Source: Marsupella aquatica
Lineage: Eukaryota > Plantae > Marchantiophyta
DNA: 64,000 nt
Reading direction: 5' to 3'
Assembly: GCA_973895155.1 (NCBI GenBank)
Contig: OZ316895.1
Span: 21,216,558-21,280,557, forward strand
Part shown: positions 28,901 through 42,089 of the stretch, piece by piece
Layout: each line of letters opens with the position of its first letter
How positions within the stretch are numbered: position 1 is the first letter of the stretch
Translations under genes and position numbers: made by a program
Notes under the pieces: model-generated
What the model saw: only the letters and a program-made list of their open reading frames with translations
Database searches by the model: none
Told to the model about the DNA's origin: nothing

Positions 28901-29522
28901 AAGATTCCAGCTAAGCCAGGTGTCGTCGAATACCTTCCCAGCCCTGGTGGACGTGTACAGTCGCTCCAGCTGCTGGTGCCTCTGAAGTTCTGCTTCATCA
29001 GTGATAACATTCTCTCCCTGAGAACCGCCGCCCGTGAATTGCTTCAAAACCGCCTGGGCGATTCATAGGCAAGAAAGAAAAGGTATTATTAGACTAGACA
29101 GAAAAATGCGGAAAAAGGGAGAAGCTAGTCTACCAACTGGCCCTGCCGATTTTCAGAAACGTAGCTTAACGAATTACAAACACGGACATGTATCTCACTT
29201 TGCCTACTTCAAACCAACACAACTCCAATCGGTAGGCCACAATTCAGAGAAGCAAACCAAGAACCTTTGCACACAGGGTCATCACTGGCGAATCAAGACT
29301 CACTTTAGATTGCAATAAAACAGATCTCACACCAGTCTACATCGTACTAGACTAGGTAGAGTCACTGGCACCACCAAGGACGTGCCTATCTTGTTCAACG
29401 TGGTCTCTACGCGGCGATACAAATAGCAAGATCAGTCAGCTGCAAGAACGAGGCATCCTCACCTGTTGCTGTTTAGCTACTTGCTCTCGAAACTTGCTTG
29501 CTTGCTTTCTAAGTGCGTCCAT
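25931..29522 (-). CDS. SH3P2: BAR-SH3 domain protein (plant SH3P2/endophilin-like)
   Basis: Ten GT-AG exons: 29522-29463 (MDALRKQASKFREQVAKQQQ), 29053-28934, 28776-28707, 28452-28304, about 28184-28083 (VAEPLRAMVMGAPLEDARHL), 27272-27072, 26791-26729, 26611-26423, 26290-26216, 26053-25931. SH3 domain: YFLAEVMHGFEAESEGELS...GWSEGECKGKAGWFPSTYVE. Confidence 0.95.
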
Positions 29523-30322
29523 TTCTGCAAACACGGCCAAGACTTGAAAGTCAACCATTTAATCCGACGAGTGGAACTGGTCTGCTCTTAATCTAATCGT
29601 CGAATCATCCATTTCCGACGGTATAATGCACATGTCAAGAAACGCGAGCTTGGGTACACCTCCTGGTCTGTCCCTACGCGTTGCTCTCCGGCGAACTGCT
29701 GCGTAAGAAACAAGCAAAGCCCCAGAAACTACAGCAGATCGGTCTCCTATAGATTGAGAAACCAAATTCGTGCGGGTTTCGTTGAAAGACCAGGCCTCAA
29801 GATCGGACGGAATAAATGTCCTGGTATGACAGTCAGCTACTGCACCACCAACTCAGATCCAGAAGACAACTCTCCCCATCCGACACAACCAAGGCATTCA
29901 ACAATCACTTCCACCAGCGAACGAGTGTGGACGCCACTCTCACGTCCTATCTGGGTTGGCTCGGTACAAATCGAACCGAAAGCCGCCTGGCATTCGGTAA
30001 TAACGAAAGAAAGGCTCACACCATGCTACTAAATACACTAATCTGAACCCAGCCAACAGTTTCAAGATGGAGTCATTACCAGGAGAAATAGAGCTCCTCT
30101 ACTACAGCATGACCCTCCCGGTCGCCACCAATAACGTCACAAAATCACGAGTCCTGGCCCGTTGCAGCACTCGCAACACGCATCCCTGATTCTGCTACCT
30201 AATCGATCCTGCTCCTTCCTCCTCCGATGCTGTCCACTCTCCTTTTCTTCCCTTCGGAGGCAACAATGCCCGCACTTCAAGCACACAGCCAGCCCACTAT
30301 AGCGCCCCTGATTCCAACCCCA

Positions 30323-30362
30323 AGATCGATCGATCGATCGATCGACCAATCGACCAATCGAT
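30323..30362. repeat. (GATC)n palindromic microsatellite upstream of the SH3P coding region
   Basis: agatcgatcgatcgatcgatcgaccaatcgaccaatcg. Confidence 0.85.
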
Positions 30363-31154
30363 ACCTCGGACAGTCTCGTCCCGGTCTTCAATTCCTTGTT
30401 CCTCTTCGCGCGTCAGGCACCTCCAGTGGTCTAGAGACTTTCCAAATGACCCAAACTCGCCGATCAATCTCCGCTAGCTGAGCATCGGTCTCGTGTATAG
30501 CTCGGCTGTGCTCGGTACGATAATCGACCGCTCCGCTCTCGAGAAAGCAAGAAACCTGCCCAAGAAAACAGAGCTGCTTCCATCCGCGACGAAGAAAATG
30601 GTGTCTCTCTGCCTCCCTCCCTTCCTCTCCTTCTTCCGACCTTCCTTCCTCCCTATCGCCACTCGCCACTCGCCCCTCGCTCCTCGCCAGCCACCCTACC
30701 CTGCCTGCCTGGCCCGCTCGGCAAATGCGCTCCGGCGGGCTCCCGGTAAGAAAAGGCCGTCAACAGCAAAAGCAGTACTGGTAAAATGCCGTCCACCGTT
30801 TCCAGGAACGCCCGGCGAATCGATTCCGGTAAAGTCACTCCCCGCCTTGCCGCGACCCGGCCCATCTTCCAACCGGCAGGCTGGCCGGGGCGGGACCGGT
30901 AACGCCAGTCATCCTCTCCCGGATGGGGACTCTCAACACCCAGTCACACAGCGCCACAAGGGTGAGGCTCGAGCACGGGCAGGGAGCCAGGGCCGGTGGC
31001 AGGGCCCGGCTCCACCTATTTGGTCAATACTAGGGGTCTCGTATCTTAAAAAAAACTGGCATTACGTAGGAGGCCTGTATGGGACTCGGGCGGGCGCATC
31101 GCAACAAAGTATAACCAGGGGGTAATGTCTCATAACCTGGTAAGCAGGTACAAA

Positions 31155-31281
31155 GAAAAAAATTCACGAGGGGTTTACATTTCTGGATACTGAACTATGA
31201 GGGGGGTTGAGGGGGCTTAAAAAAATTCACGAGGGGTTTACATTTTTGGATACTGAACTATGAGGGGGGTTGAGGGGGCTT
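31155..31281 (+). repeat. Tandem duplication of about 63 bp
   Basis: aaaaaaattcacgaggggtttacattt(c/t)tggatactgaactatgaggggggttgagggggctt occurs twice. Confidence 0.9.
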
Positions 31282-31829
31282 GCGGTAGATGGCTATAGTT
31301 CAGGCAGTGACTGGTCGAGCCTCACATTTGGTGTCATACCAGTTATGACTGCTGCCCCAACTTGCAACAGTCCTGGGTGTTGTCAAAACTCCGAGATGTT
31401 GTGAAAATTGAAAAATTGACATAGTGGAGATGCCTTCCTGAACCTTACTGCTATAGTAATTTGTTTACGGAATATAAGTTTTTAGTAGACAGAGACCTGG
31501 TAAATACACTGGCTCTGTGCAATGAATTATCACATTGCGAGTACTACTCATAAGTGCAAAGTATTGAGTTTTTGCACTCACCACAAACTCATAATTGCAA
31601 GTTTTTCATACACTGAAGATTACCCATACGTTGTAATCTCAATTCAAGAGGTTGCACTAACTGGTCCCAGCTTCTAGAGTAGGTAAGTGTAATTTTTAAA
31701 CTTTGGCACTCAAGAAATTTCAATCATCATTCTGTCTTAGCAGAAAAATAGTTTTGGACTTTCCTAGTGGAAAATAATATCTTACTGCACTGAATGACTA
31801 GCTGGGGTTGGAGATGTGGTTGGGATTAA

Positions 31830-31921
31830 GCACATTGATTCGCACTGCACTAATCGCGTTGGGCACATTGATTCGCACTGCACTAATCGCATTGGGCACA
31901 TTGATTCGCACTGCACTAATC
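31830..31921 (+). repeat. 33-bp tandem repeat x3
   Basis: gcacattgattcgcactgcactaatcgc(g/a)ttgg repeated three times. Confidence 0.9.
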
Positions 31922-32429
31922 AGTTGCACTAATGGAAGGTCATCACTCTCTATAAAAAATATCAAGTGTTAACATTTTGTGATTCATTTATCGAGGTTGG
32001 AGTCACGGAGGAGGAGATATCACGGTACCAAGGAAACCGTCTTGACCTCTTCAACATCGGCCGTCTTATTCCATGTCTTTGATGGATCCCTGATTCTCTT
32101 AATTTTTGACTCTCCATTTTAGCAATAAAGAGTTTTGCAGCAACGTCATCCTACACTACAATCTGCGGATAGGCCACCCCTCTTTTTGTGTCAAAAGTTT
32201 GCAAGATTCAATCTCCCCCAACAGTCGTGGTCACTTTATGCAAAAGTTGGCAAGGATTGTTTTTGTCTCCTATTAGCGGGAAGCTTCCCTCCCAGCCACT
32301 GACCACTTTTGCTAGTATCTGACGGCCATCTTTAAATCTAGGAGAATCTGACGGTCAAAAATTAGTCCAAGAAAACTACAGTAGATAACGAATGTTTCTC
32401 AGCATCTTTACAAACGGTTTTAAAATTAC

Positions 32430-33130
32430 GCTGGGACAGCCCGCCGTGTGTGAACCGCGCAGCCCGGCGACACGAGGGTGGGCTATAGAGCTTAGGTTAC
32501 CGGTAAATGCCCGGGGGTAAATGGCCACGCAAGGAGGGGTTTAGGGAGGGTGGGGCCGCAAGCGCAGTTCTCCCGAAGGACACGGTAAACAGCTCTGATC
32601 CCTCTGAAAGGGGAAACTGGTGACGAGGATAGGGCCTCGGACTTCTGGAAAGGTCCCAACCGGTGAGCAGAATCGCGCTGGAACGGAGCCCCACGCCGGT
32701 GCACGCATGCCGGTATCCCGGTCATGAGGGCCACACGTCCCGTATAAGATTTTCTCCCTTGCTGCGGTCGTCCGGTCGGCCGCTGGACTCTCGTTTTCCT
32801 GCCGCCTTGCCGAGCCTCCATGGAGGGCCCAGATTCGAATCCGGTGCTTCGGAAGGCGAAACTCAACCGGTTGTACCGGTGCTACGTTCGGCGGGGTGCA
32901 ATCCGAGCATCGGCTCCGCCGGTCGGGGTACCGTGCGAGGCGGTGTCGCAACGGTCAGAAACCCCAGTGAGTCACTTTTTATCTTTGGGGCTTTGGGCCG
33001 TTTCTCGCCGGTATTCAGCCGAAAATATAGACACTTCGCGCCGGAGTTCTACTTGCTCTGGACTTGTATGTAAACACCGGGCGAGCCAGGGTTCGAACCA
33101 GGGTTTAGAGCATCTCCAGAAGTTTAGCTG
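32430..33130. other. GC/CpG-rich island of unknown function between degenerate inverted repeats
   Basis: Abrupt GC and CpG rise relative to flanks; TATAA at 32743; CCATGG at 32818; GTGAGT donor-like site near 32967; T-run near 32976; no recognisable protein. Confidence 0.5.
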
Positions 33131-36100
33131 CCGGTATCCCCTACAGTTTGTTTGCATTCGTTTTGGAGGCCCAAAAATTAGTTTCGCCCAGATCCCCCTC
33201 ATACTTACCAGTGATCCCAGTAAGAGCACTACCAGAATGAATTTTTTTTAATTTATCATTACCATAATTTTTTCTTGTTGACTTTCAATGCCTGGTCAGT
33301 CACTCACCGAGATACAAACTCGTGCTGGCCAATTGTCCATGGATCACAATAGAGGGGGTCTAATGGTGGATGTGTAGGATGACTGCCAAGCCAGCCAAAT
33401 CTGGAGGCGGCCTATGCCCATTTGCACAGCTAACCTCCATTTGCTTGCGAATACAGGTAAATAGTGGGGAGGGTCACCTGTAAACCTGGCTGCTATCACA
33501 AGGAAATGGGGTTTACTGTCCCAAAAGGCACTCCTCTGGTGATGCCCTCAGGGTTCCTCTGAACTTGTATGTGACCACTGGCAAGATGGAAAGTTTGAAC
33601 CAGGGTTTATGGCTAAGAATACCAAGAGAGAGATCCCATATATCCTAAACAACTCATTTTGACTTTTTAGGACTTTTTATTTGGATTGGATCGTTCGTAT
33701 CCATTATTTATTTAACGGTAAAGGCCCCACACCTTTATTCCAGCAGGAGAGAGACCATCATGTCAAACCCCCAACAGTACACACGTTAAAAAGAGCAAAA
33801 AGAACTCAGATCCAAAGAAACCAAAGACCAAAAAGGGGTCTGTCTGCCAACTCCCCAACTTGAAGTGACAAGCACTGTAAAGTAAAACAACCTGGCCAGA
33901 CAAGAGTATCTAATGAATGATCGGCGGGCTTTGATAAAGGGGTTGTGAGCTGATCAGAACTACGCTAGCATCCTACAGCTACAATCAAAGACTACGTGGG
34001 TGAACCTAAACAAACGCTCCTGAAATAGTCTACAGTATCTATTTTTTTTGCTCTACTCCATATTTAACTTAGGTACATTGTCCACAGTGTGTGAGTATAT
34101 AATTAGAGTGACAACAAAATTAGAGTGACTCACACTAAATTGAGTGAACATTTTTTTCTAACCCAAAACACACTAATTAAGTAAGTATAGTCACACTATT
34201 ACTTTGTATTGAGAGTTGGCTTCAGTCTCAGTTTTATGCCTCGCTCTCATTGTGGAGTATTCAAGGCGAACACCTCTATTAGTGAGACCAAAAGTGTGAC
34301 TAACATTAAGGTGGACAGTCTAGCAAAGTGCCATTTCTTCTCACAAAACCCTGAACTTATTTGCATGACACAAGGGTGATTCTCTGCAAAGATACCAAGT
34401 AGAAATATAGAGACCAGAGAAACATTCAGAAACCACTGTAGTAGCTCATTTCATGTGTATACTGAATTGTCCAAGCTGCTATATCTTATCCCACTTGGAC
34501 ACAAATATCATGCAGACTGACTACATGATTTCAGTAGCAATGAGGTAAACAGAGTGAGGAGGTACTGATGGGCTATCTCGAGACCAAGGAAGACTCATGT
34601 AGATTCTTTGTACAAAAAGTACCTACACGACATGTAACTCACGTTTGCCTGAGACATCAAAACCCATGCCAAAGGCAGAGGACATGATTGTGCTAGTAGA
34701 TGTACAAATTGTATCAAATAGTCGTTTGATGTAGCATTTATTGTCTATTGATGATGCTGAAAGATAGCAGAGATGTTCAAGGTGTATTGCCGTTCAGTGA
34801 CAATGAGTATCTAAAAATTAATTTGTGGACCTCTATGTTAATTTAGAGGCTCTTATCTAGAAACTGAAGCCTAGATGGACCTCCAAATCTAAAGAAAAAA
34901 AATTTAAAAATGGACAAGTCAATGTTTGACACTTGAAACAATTACCAAACTTACCAAGGCAACCATAATTAACATCAATCACAAAACTAGCTGCAATGTA
35001 AACTACAGTTTAATGTGTGGGTAACTTAATTGCCCACTTTAGCAAAATGGTGCTTGATGGTTTCCTTCACGGTACCGAAGGGATGCTGGATGCGCTCAAG
35101 TTGCATCGAAAGTAATCACTTTTTAATTCCTACACGCAGATAGACGAAAAGAGAGAAGTCATCGGTGTCATCAAATCACTAACTTCGCATAATTGTTTAA
35201 GACAAAAAGTTTCAAATCTCCAATTGTGGAATTCGGAATAGATCGAAAGCTAGAGAAATTTAGAAACTCATGACCACTTTAGTACTTGATAGAATCTCCC
35301 AATGCCACACTCATTGGAAAGCTAGAGAACTTTGAAAACTTATAATCTCCTCAGAACTCACCTAAATCTATCAATGTTAAGTTCATTAAAAAGCTAATTA
35401 AAAAAACTAAAATTCATAATCTCCTTAGTACTCAAATTTTAGGTTCATTCTCATCGAAAGGGTCAACATTTCAGGGGTTGTACAACATAGATTTTTATTC
35501 ACATTAGAGATTACAAAATCACGAGTAAAATCTATTTTTCAAATTACTTACTCAATTCTTATCGAATGGTGACAATGCTGAGCTCATTAGGACCGTCTAT
35601 TCAAGATCTTTCCAACGCCATATTATACGTGAGTTTTCATTATGATTTTACTCAACAATGTCAAATCAAAAATTGCTGTCGGGAAAATTTTATGTTTTGA
35701 ATAAAATCAAAATGTAAATAAAACTGTTACTGGGAGCAGTTTTACCTTAATCTTTTTGTCTTTTGATTTGCATGTCAATTTTTTTACATTCTTTTTTACG
35801 GCATGGCATCCCAGTTTTTACAGCAAAGTTGCCACAAACACGAATGTAGAAGTTAATTTTATCCAAAAACAAATATCTTCCTGTTTGGAGCATGCCATGA
35901 TGATGTGGCGCTCTGTGAAGCCAGGAATTTTGGAAAGAACCCCTAATCGGGGTCCGTAAATATTCCATAAATAGAGCCGACCGTAATAATAATCAAGTTC
36001 ATAGTATGTGATGGTGGCCTACAAATTGGTGACAAGAAAATGCCATTCCATTTACTGATATCTCCAGGAAGGTGAAGCCTGAAATCTTCTTAATCTTGGA

Positions 36101-37084
36101 GACTAATGCAAGGGCAGAAAGGTTCAACACACTTATTTTTTTCTTTTTTCTTTTTGAGGGAACCCACCTCTGAACAAGCCCACCAACTGGCTTGTAGGTT
36201 TCTATTTTTGTGTCGTTCTATTCAATTCTTACACCACTTTAAGAGTCCGTGGTGCATAATACATTAAGTCAGTTCAAGAAGGTTTGCTCCACTCAAGTGC
36301 ACAAGAAGTGTTGTTGTTATTTGGGGCGACACAAGTATTGTTGTTTATGAGTTTGTGTTGACAAATATTTTGCAGGAAGTGACTCATCGTGATTGAATAT
36401 AGTGGGATTTCTTTATGAATTTGGCACAAGTGTACTCTCATCATCTCGTTGTTGGACAGATGTTGCTACCATGTGATTTCTTTCCATTGACTTAATGAAG
36501 TGGCACCACTTCATATATCACCTTGCAACACCTTTTAACCTAGTGACATACCTATTGTACTAGATGATATGTTCTCCTTCCTTGTGTGTCTCCTTTATTG
36601 GAGGCTAATGGAGTTATGTTGCTTTCACTTATGCTGGCTAGGGTCTACACTCCGCGGTCAGGGCACGGGCACCTCCTCACACCCCTAGGGGCGGTCTAGA
36701 AGAAACAAATTAATCATGTTTTATGTGGCATGTATGCTTGAAAGGAACTTTTATCAGAAGAGAATTTGAGCAAATTGCTTGCACAATTGCAATAAACAAA
36801 TATGTGAGTCTTGACCTTTGACCATTCCCGCCCCACATTGCTCATGTACCTTGCCGCTCTTGTGTTTGAAGTGCATAACAAAAATATTCTTCTTTTTATG
36901 TACCATAAACTGCATTGTCAACTGCTACACCACAATATGATTTGTAACTTTTTCAACATATTCAAATACCAAAAAATGCAAACAAATTCTAGGAGAGGAC
37001 CACCCGATGGTTGAAGCAAGTGCCCATTCAATCATATGCGTTAACGCAATAGTTTCCTGAAGAGAATGTAGAAAACTATAACGC

Positions 37085-37600
37085 AACTATCTCAATACCC
37101 GTGCATTGCACAAAAGAAGTTGTGTCGGCCAAGATATCGTTGAGAAAAAAACATGTCGTGTCGGCCAAGAGGTTGTTGACAAAAAAGATGTGTCGGCCAA
37201 GAAGTTGTTGAGAAAAAAATTGTCATGTTGGCCAAGATGTTGTTGAAAAAAATGATGTCATGTTGGCAAAGACATTGTTGAGAAAACATTTGCCATGTCG
37301 GCAAAGACATTGTTGAGGAAAAATACCCGTGCATTGCACAAATATGTCATTAAGAAAAAAGATGTCGTGCCACCCAAGATGTTGTTATGTGAAAGATGTC
37401 ATGAAGTAAACGAGGAAGTAAAAAAATGTTGTTAAGAAAAAAGAAGTCATTTTGCCAAAGATGTCATTATGTGAAAGCTGTTGTCAAGAAATATGTGTCA
37501 TTTTGCCAAAGATATCGTGAAGTAAAAGATGTTATAAGAAAAAAAGGTGTCGATTTACCCAAGCTGTCGTGATGTGAAAGACGTCATGAAGTAAAAAGTC
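37085..37600 (-). mobile_element. Probable non-autonomous Helitron-like remnant carrying a minisatellite of about 30 bp
   Basis: Tandem gtcggccaagatgttgttgagaaaaaa units. aatacccgtgcattgcacaaa at 37094 and 37322 is the reverse complement of GTGCAATGCACGGGTA, resembling Helitron 3' subterminal hairpins; the terminus reads ATAG-T rather than CTAG-T. Confidence 0.45.
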
Positions 37601-37909
37601 AAGGAGAGAAGGAGCTAGTCCTTTTCTTTGTTTTGCTTTTTTACCCAAAATGCCCCTACATTTGAACGGCGACCACTCTATAAATTGGCGCAACATTATA
37701 TTATCGGTTTCAAGTTTAAGTTTTTAGGGTTAGGGTTTAGCAAAGATGACCATTCCGTCGCTATCCTTTCAATCCCTGTGCGCTGCATAAAAGATGTTGT
37801 TTGGTTAAAGATGTTCATAAATAGATTGTGGTCCAAAAGATATTGTTAAATAATAATTATAAAATTGTTAAAATATATTATTTCACAAAATATTAGGATT
37901 TTTTTTTAA

Positions 37910-38030
37910 TTTTAAAGGGAAAATCTGTGAAACCCCACAAAAAGAGAAGAGTCGGCCACAATAGTCCCAACAATAGTTGAACCCAAGACCTATTAGTCTC
38001 TATTCAAGTGAGTTACCACAAAGTCATGTC
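37910..38030 (-). mobile_element. Dispersed repeat with tRNA/SINE-like head (copy 1)
   Basis: Similar to 61295-61390 (aaggg(g)aaatct(g/a)tgaaaccccaca...gaacccaa(g/t)acctat...gtgag(t/c)taccaca). The minus strand carries A-box-like TGGTAACTCA and B-box-like GGTTCAA. Confidence 0.45.
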
Positions 38031-40489
38031 CCTCTAGCCTACAAAAACTCTCGGGGGGGTCACTATATGAAGGGTCATAGATCACGTGCGACGGTTTGGG
38101 TCATTTATGACCCCCCAAAGTCACTTTCTAGAAAGTTGTACGGTACCAATCATGTGATGACATGTATGCATTTTGTAATTAAATAACCCTATATTTCCAT
38201 AGAAGACTTAATAAGTCTTCCGCCAAACCCATTTAAATGGCCCTATACTTCGTCGCACATGATATGCCATTTCCATGGAAGTGACCCCCCCCCCCCCGCA
38301 AAAACTTTAATTTGTTGAGTGAAAGATATCATTGTACAAAATACTTGACAAAATAGTGGCTCGGTAGCCACAAAAGTTTCATTTTCTTTTTATCTTTTTT
38401 CTCCTTGCACAAAAAAAATCTTAAATAAATGATGTCATTGCACAAAAGACTAGCTATGACAACCACAAAAGTATAACAAAATGAGAGGTGGTTTTTTTCC
38501 TTTTTTTCCTTTTTTTCTCTTAGTTCCTTTTAAACCTTAACCTCCCCTTTTTCCCCATTGCCCTATTTTGGTCTCTTTTTCTCATTCACCATCACTCCAC
38601 TTGCTCGCCGCCCCTCCCATGCGAGACTGGAGCCTTTCGAGGGGCTGCCCTACATTGCAAGTGTGCCCCTCGCCCGACACCTTGCCATCAACGCTCGTGC
38701 CATGTGCTTCACTATGTCTTTGGGCCATATTATTTTTGTTTTTTGGCATTGAAAATGACAGTGCAAATGATTGTAAAAATCATCACAAATATTAGAGAAC
38801 AATTTTTTATTGATCTAGTGACTAAAATATATTAGCAATTAAACTCCTATACCAATATTATACAAACTTATGTTACACACAATATTGAATATGTATAATA
38901 GTTACTTGCATGTGAGTATGTACAATAGTTACTTGCATAGATCATGGAGGGAGTATCCTCCTTGATGGTTGTGCATTGATCATAGTGCATTGTGTTAAAG
39001 TCTCTCACTTTTTTGGGGGTTATTTTTTGCTTGTCTTGGACAATGGTGCAACTTTTTGTGAGTCACACTAAACTCAATTCACACTTTGGCTTTATTAGTT
39101 ACCTTTGACATTTTTTAATTTTTGTGCCCTGCAAATTTGAATGAGGACCACTAGTCTACAAAGTGGCGCAATTGTGTATTATAAGAGTTAATAGTTGCCT
39201 GTAGAGCATTTAAAAAACCATGTAGTAGTTGGGCTTCCCAGTGTGGTTTCAAGCTCCCTTAAACTTGCAAGACAATCCTTCTAGTGTAGCGTGAAAGCTG
39301 ACAAGACCAGCCCAAACAATTTAATTTGGATGTGAGTACTTATCTTTCTCTTTAGCGTTGTCATGTCCTCTACTCAATCCTTGCAATCACTCCTTACAAA
39401 ACCACTAACACTATTAGGGAATACTAGGAAAGCCTCTATACAACTATTGTGTTCCAAGAAATTACTTTGGTCAGTTAGAATTGTTGTCATCCCAGTCAAT
39501 TTTTTCCTTTTGTGGCTTACGTCCTGTTGCCAGAGGAAGAACGTGTGCTCTTTGCCCATATGCCCAAAGACAATCAAGAATTCATATTCAATAAGGCGGT
39601 GCCAAATCCTCTCCATCAAATCTCGCATCAAATTGACTAACAATGATGGACAACAAACCCGGTACATGACGAAACTCCTAGTTTCCACTTCTTGAACTCG
39701 TTATGGTTGACCATGTCTCCATGACAATACATGCAATAACATAAGCACTATAACATGTGATCCCGCCAAGTCTGGCAAATTGTCTGTTTACCAAAACTGA
39801 CAAAGAGGCATTTTCCCCCATTCACCAAAACTCTTTGAACATCAATTCTTCATAAGGGCCCCTGTGGGCCTTATTTTGTGAATGGTACAAGAAAATGTGT
39901 GTCAATTGGACAATGATCTGGGAGCCAAAGGGTCACGCTGCAAGTCAAAATGTTTCTTGAATGAACCCTTTAGTGGGGTGGAGTTGAAATAGGGATAGTT
40001 TCCTGGATCTTGATTCTCCTTGTCAGTAGCTTGAATATCAGGACAAGTAAGAAATGACTAGAATCTTGTCCCTTTAAAAAGTACTCTTCACACTCAAAGG
40101 TAGTCTTAAAGCGATTGGGCACATCATAAATCTTTGAAAAAGATTATGTCAGACACTGGTAGCCAGGATGGAATGAAGGACCATCCTGAACATTTCAGAC
40201 CTGCAAGACAGCTCTAAAGCACTCATTCTTCACCTTGGGCCCTTTCCACTTATCGAAAGGAGTGTAAAGCCAACTTGACCTTGTGGAGAGCTTGGGCCCA
40301 TACGATTCTAAGCCTTGATGAGCTTAAAATATATAGAACACTACAAAATAATAAAAAGAGCCATACCAAAAAAACCAACTGGCCAGAATCCAAATCCAAT
40401 AAAGGGGGGGAACTGCAAAAGAAAAACCAAACGGTCAGAAACTAAACCCAATTAAAGTGGAAAACAAAGGAAAAACAGTACCACAAAGA

Positions 40490-40800
40490 GATATACTTGA
40501 TGGACTCCAAAAATAAAAATGTGATGATGGACCCTATAAGTGATCCAGATAGTTCATGATTGGACCTTAAATCAAGGTACCTAAGACCATCCATCCATCA
40601 AGTATATCTCGAGAGGGGGGTAGATCCATCAAGTATATCTCTCTAGAAACATATTTGATGGGCCCCCAAAAGAAATTTGAGAGACATACATGATGGACCC
40701 CCAGAATGCAAAAGTATTACTTGATGAACTCATGAATGATCCAGACTGTTAATCCCTCCCCCAAAACTTGATTCATTTGAACATACTTGATGGAGCCATG
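40490..40800. repeat. Degenerate short repeats (atacttgatggacc) in both orientations, likely TE subterminal
   Basis: atacttgatgga / tgatggaccc recur at about 40494, 40526, 40655, 40690, 40718 and 40783; inverse ccatcaagtatatctc at about 40595 and 40627. Confidence 0.55.
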
Positions 40801-42089
40801 AGTCATACGGGCCATTAATCTCTTGAATTTATCTATCTTACTATAAACGCACCCACTGAAACCTACTCTTAAGGGCCTAGGTCTAATGTGAAACCTCTAG
40901 ACAATAACATCTCCCAATATATATAATGAGATTCAATAAGGTCAAAATTTTAAATGAGGATGAATAAAAATGACATTGACTCTAAATAAAGATTGTGAAA
41001 TGAATGAGGACTAAAAACACAGATGGGGCAAAGACTAACCAAAAGCTGTGAAATGAATGTGGACAAAAAACAAACATGGGGCAAAAGACTAACCAAAATA
41101 GCATATAAAGTTTATTGTGCAATATTTTTCTTATATCTATTTACAGTCAAGGAACTGGTCATGGGGCTAGTGTACCCAAAAGCTCATGGGGTCAATTAAG
41201 TAAGACATTTAAATTTAGGGTCTATCATGTATATCAGTCTCTCAAAGAAATTCCATTTTCCCAAATCCCAACGTATCGTGTGACAAAGAGAAGATTCTCG
41301 TCTGTCGCTCGATGTCTTCGATGATCGTTTCACGTCACTCCCAGAAACACGAAGGATTTGTTGTCATTCGGTTCCAAATCTGTCTGCCAGCATCTCAAAT
41401 CCCGAATCCTCTCTCAGCCCCGTGGGCCCACTCTGGTCGCCGACAGGGAGCTCCAAAACTCCATAGCCACCCCGTCGTCATCTGGACTGAATTCGGGACT
41501 CTGAAGACGGAGTTGGTGGAAGCTGCGAAATTGTTCCAAGCTCCTTTTCAAGCTTTTCTAAACGCCTTTCAGCTGTTGTGATCGGGAAATCTGGACATCA
41601 TGATGAGTACATTGACTGCTGCGTTTGCGAACAAAGTCGCTCTGATAAATGTAGTGTGCGTGTCTGGCAATGATGCGTTTCTGGTGGTGCCCTCTTTCGT
41701 CCGTCAGTTGGTCGCACTGACGGCTGCGATCGCTTCAATTTCCATGATTAGCGGTTCTTCGAGTGGGGCCATGTGCGGGAATTTGGCAGTTTAGGAGTTT
41801 GAGGTAGGTGTTGGAGAGCGAGGAACATGGCACGATGTGCTTTAGGAGTTTTCCGTCGAGTGGACACTGACAATGTGATGTACAGAACTGTACAGCCGGA
41901 CATTCTTGGTAGGTCTGGCGGTCGAATACTGTAGGTTAGGGTAGGTTAGGGGGGCTAGAGGAGTGTAGAGGAGAAGAGGTGTGTTGGGAACTGAAGAGGA
42001 GGACTGGAGGAGGTCTGATGGTGTCCGGGAATGGGGACAATCCATCCTCGAGCAGCAGTGAGTGTGGGCGAAAGGAGCAGGCGGACAGG

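Noticed and set aside
30493-31125. 210-aa ORF on + strand
   Set aside because: Low-complexity Pro/Arg/Gly sequence from the GC-rich region upstream of SH3P; no domain or splice support.
32536-32550. CCCTAAACCC on the minus strand as a telomerase RNA template
   Set aside because: No USE/TATA upstream on that strand, and only about 115 nt to the next T-run, too short for the pseudoknot and distal stem of plant TR.
33201-33225. ATACTTACC resembling the U1 snRNA 5' end
   Set aside because: Similarity stops after 9 nt; no U1 stem-loops or Sm site.
39363-40320. Possible coding region (ORFs 39363-39695 and 39374-39688)
   Set aside because: Many stops and no recognisable motif; probably a decayed TE, but class cannot be supported.
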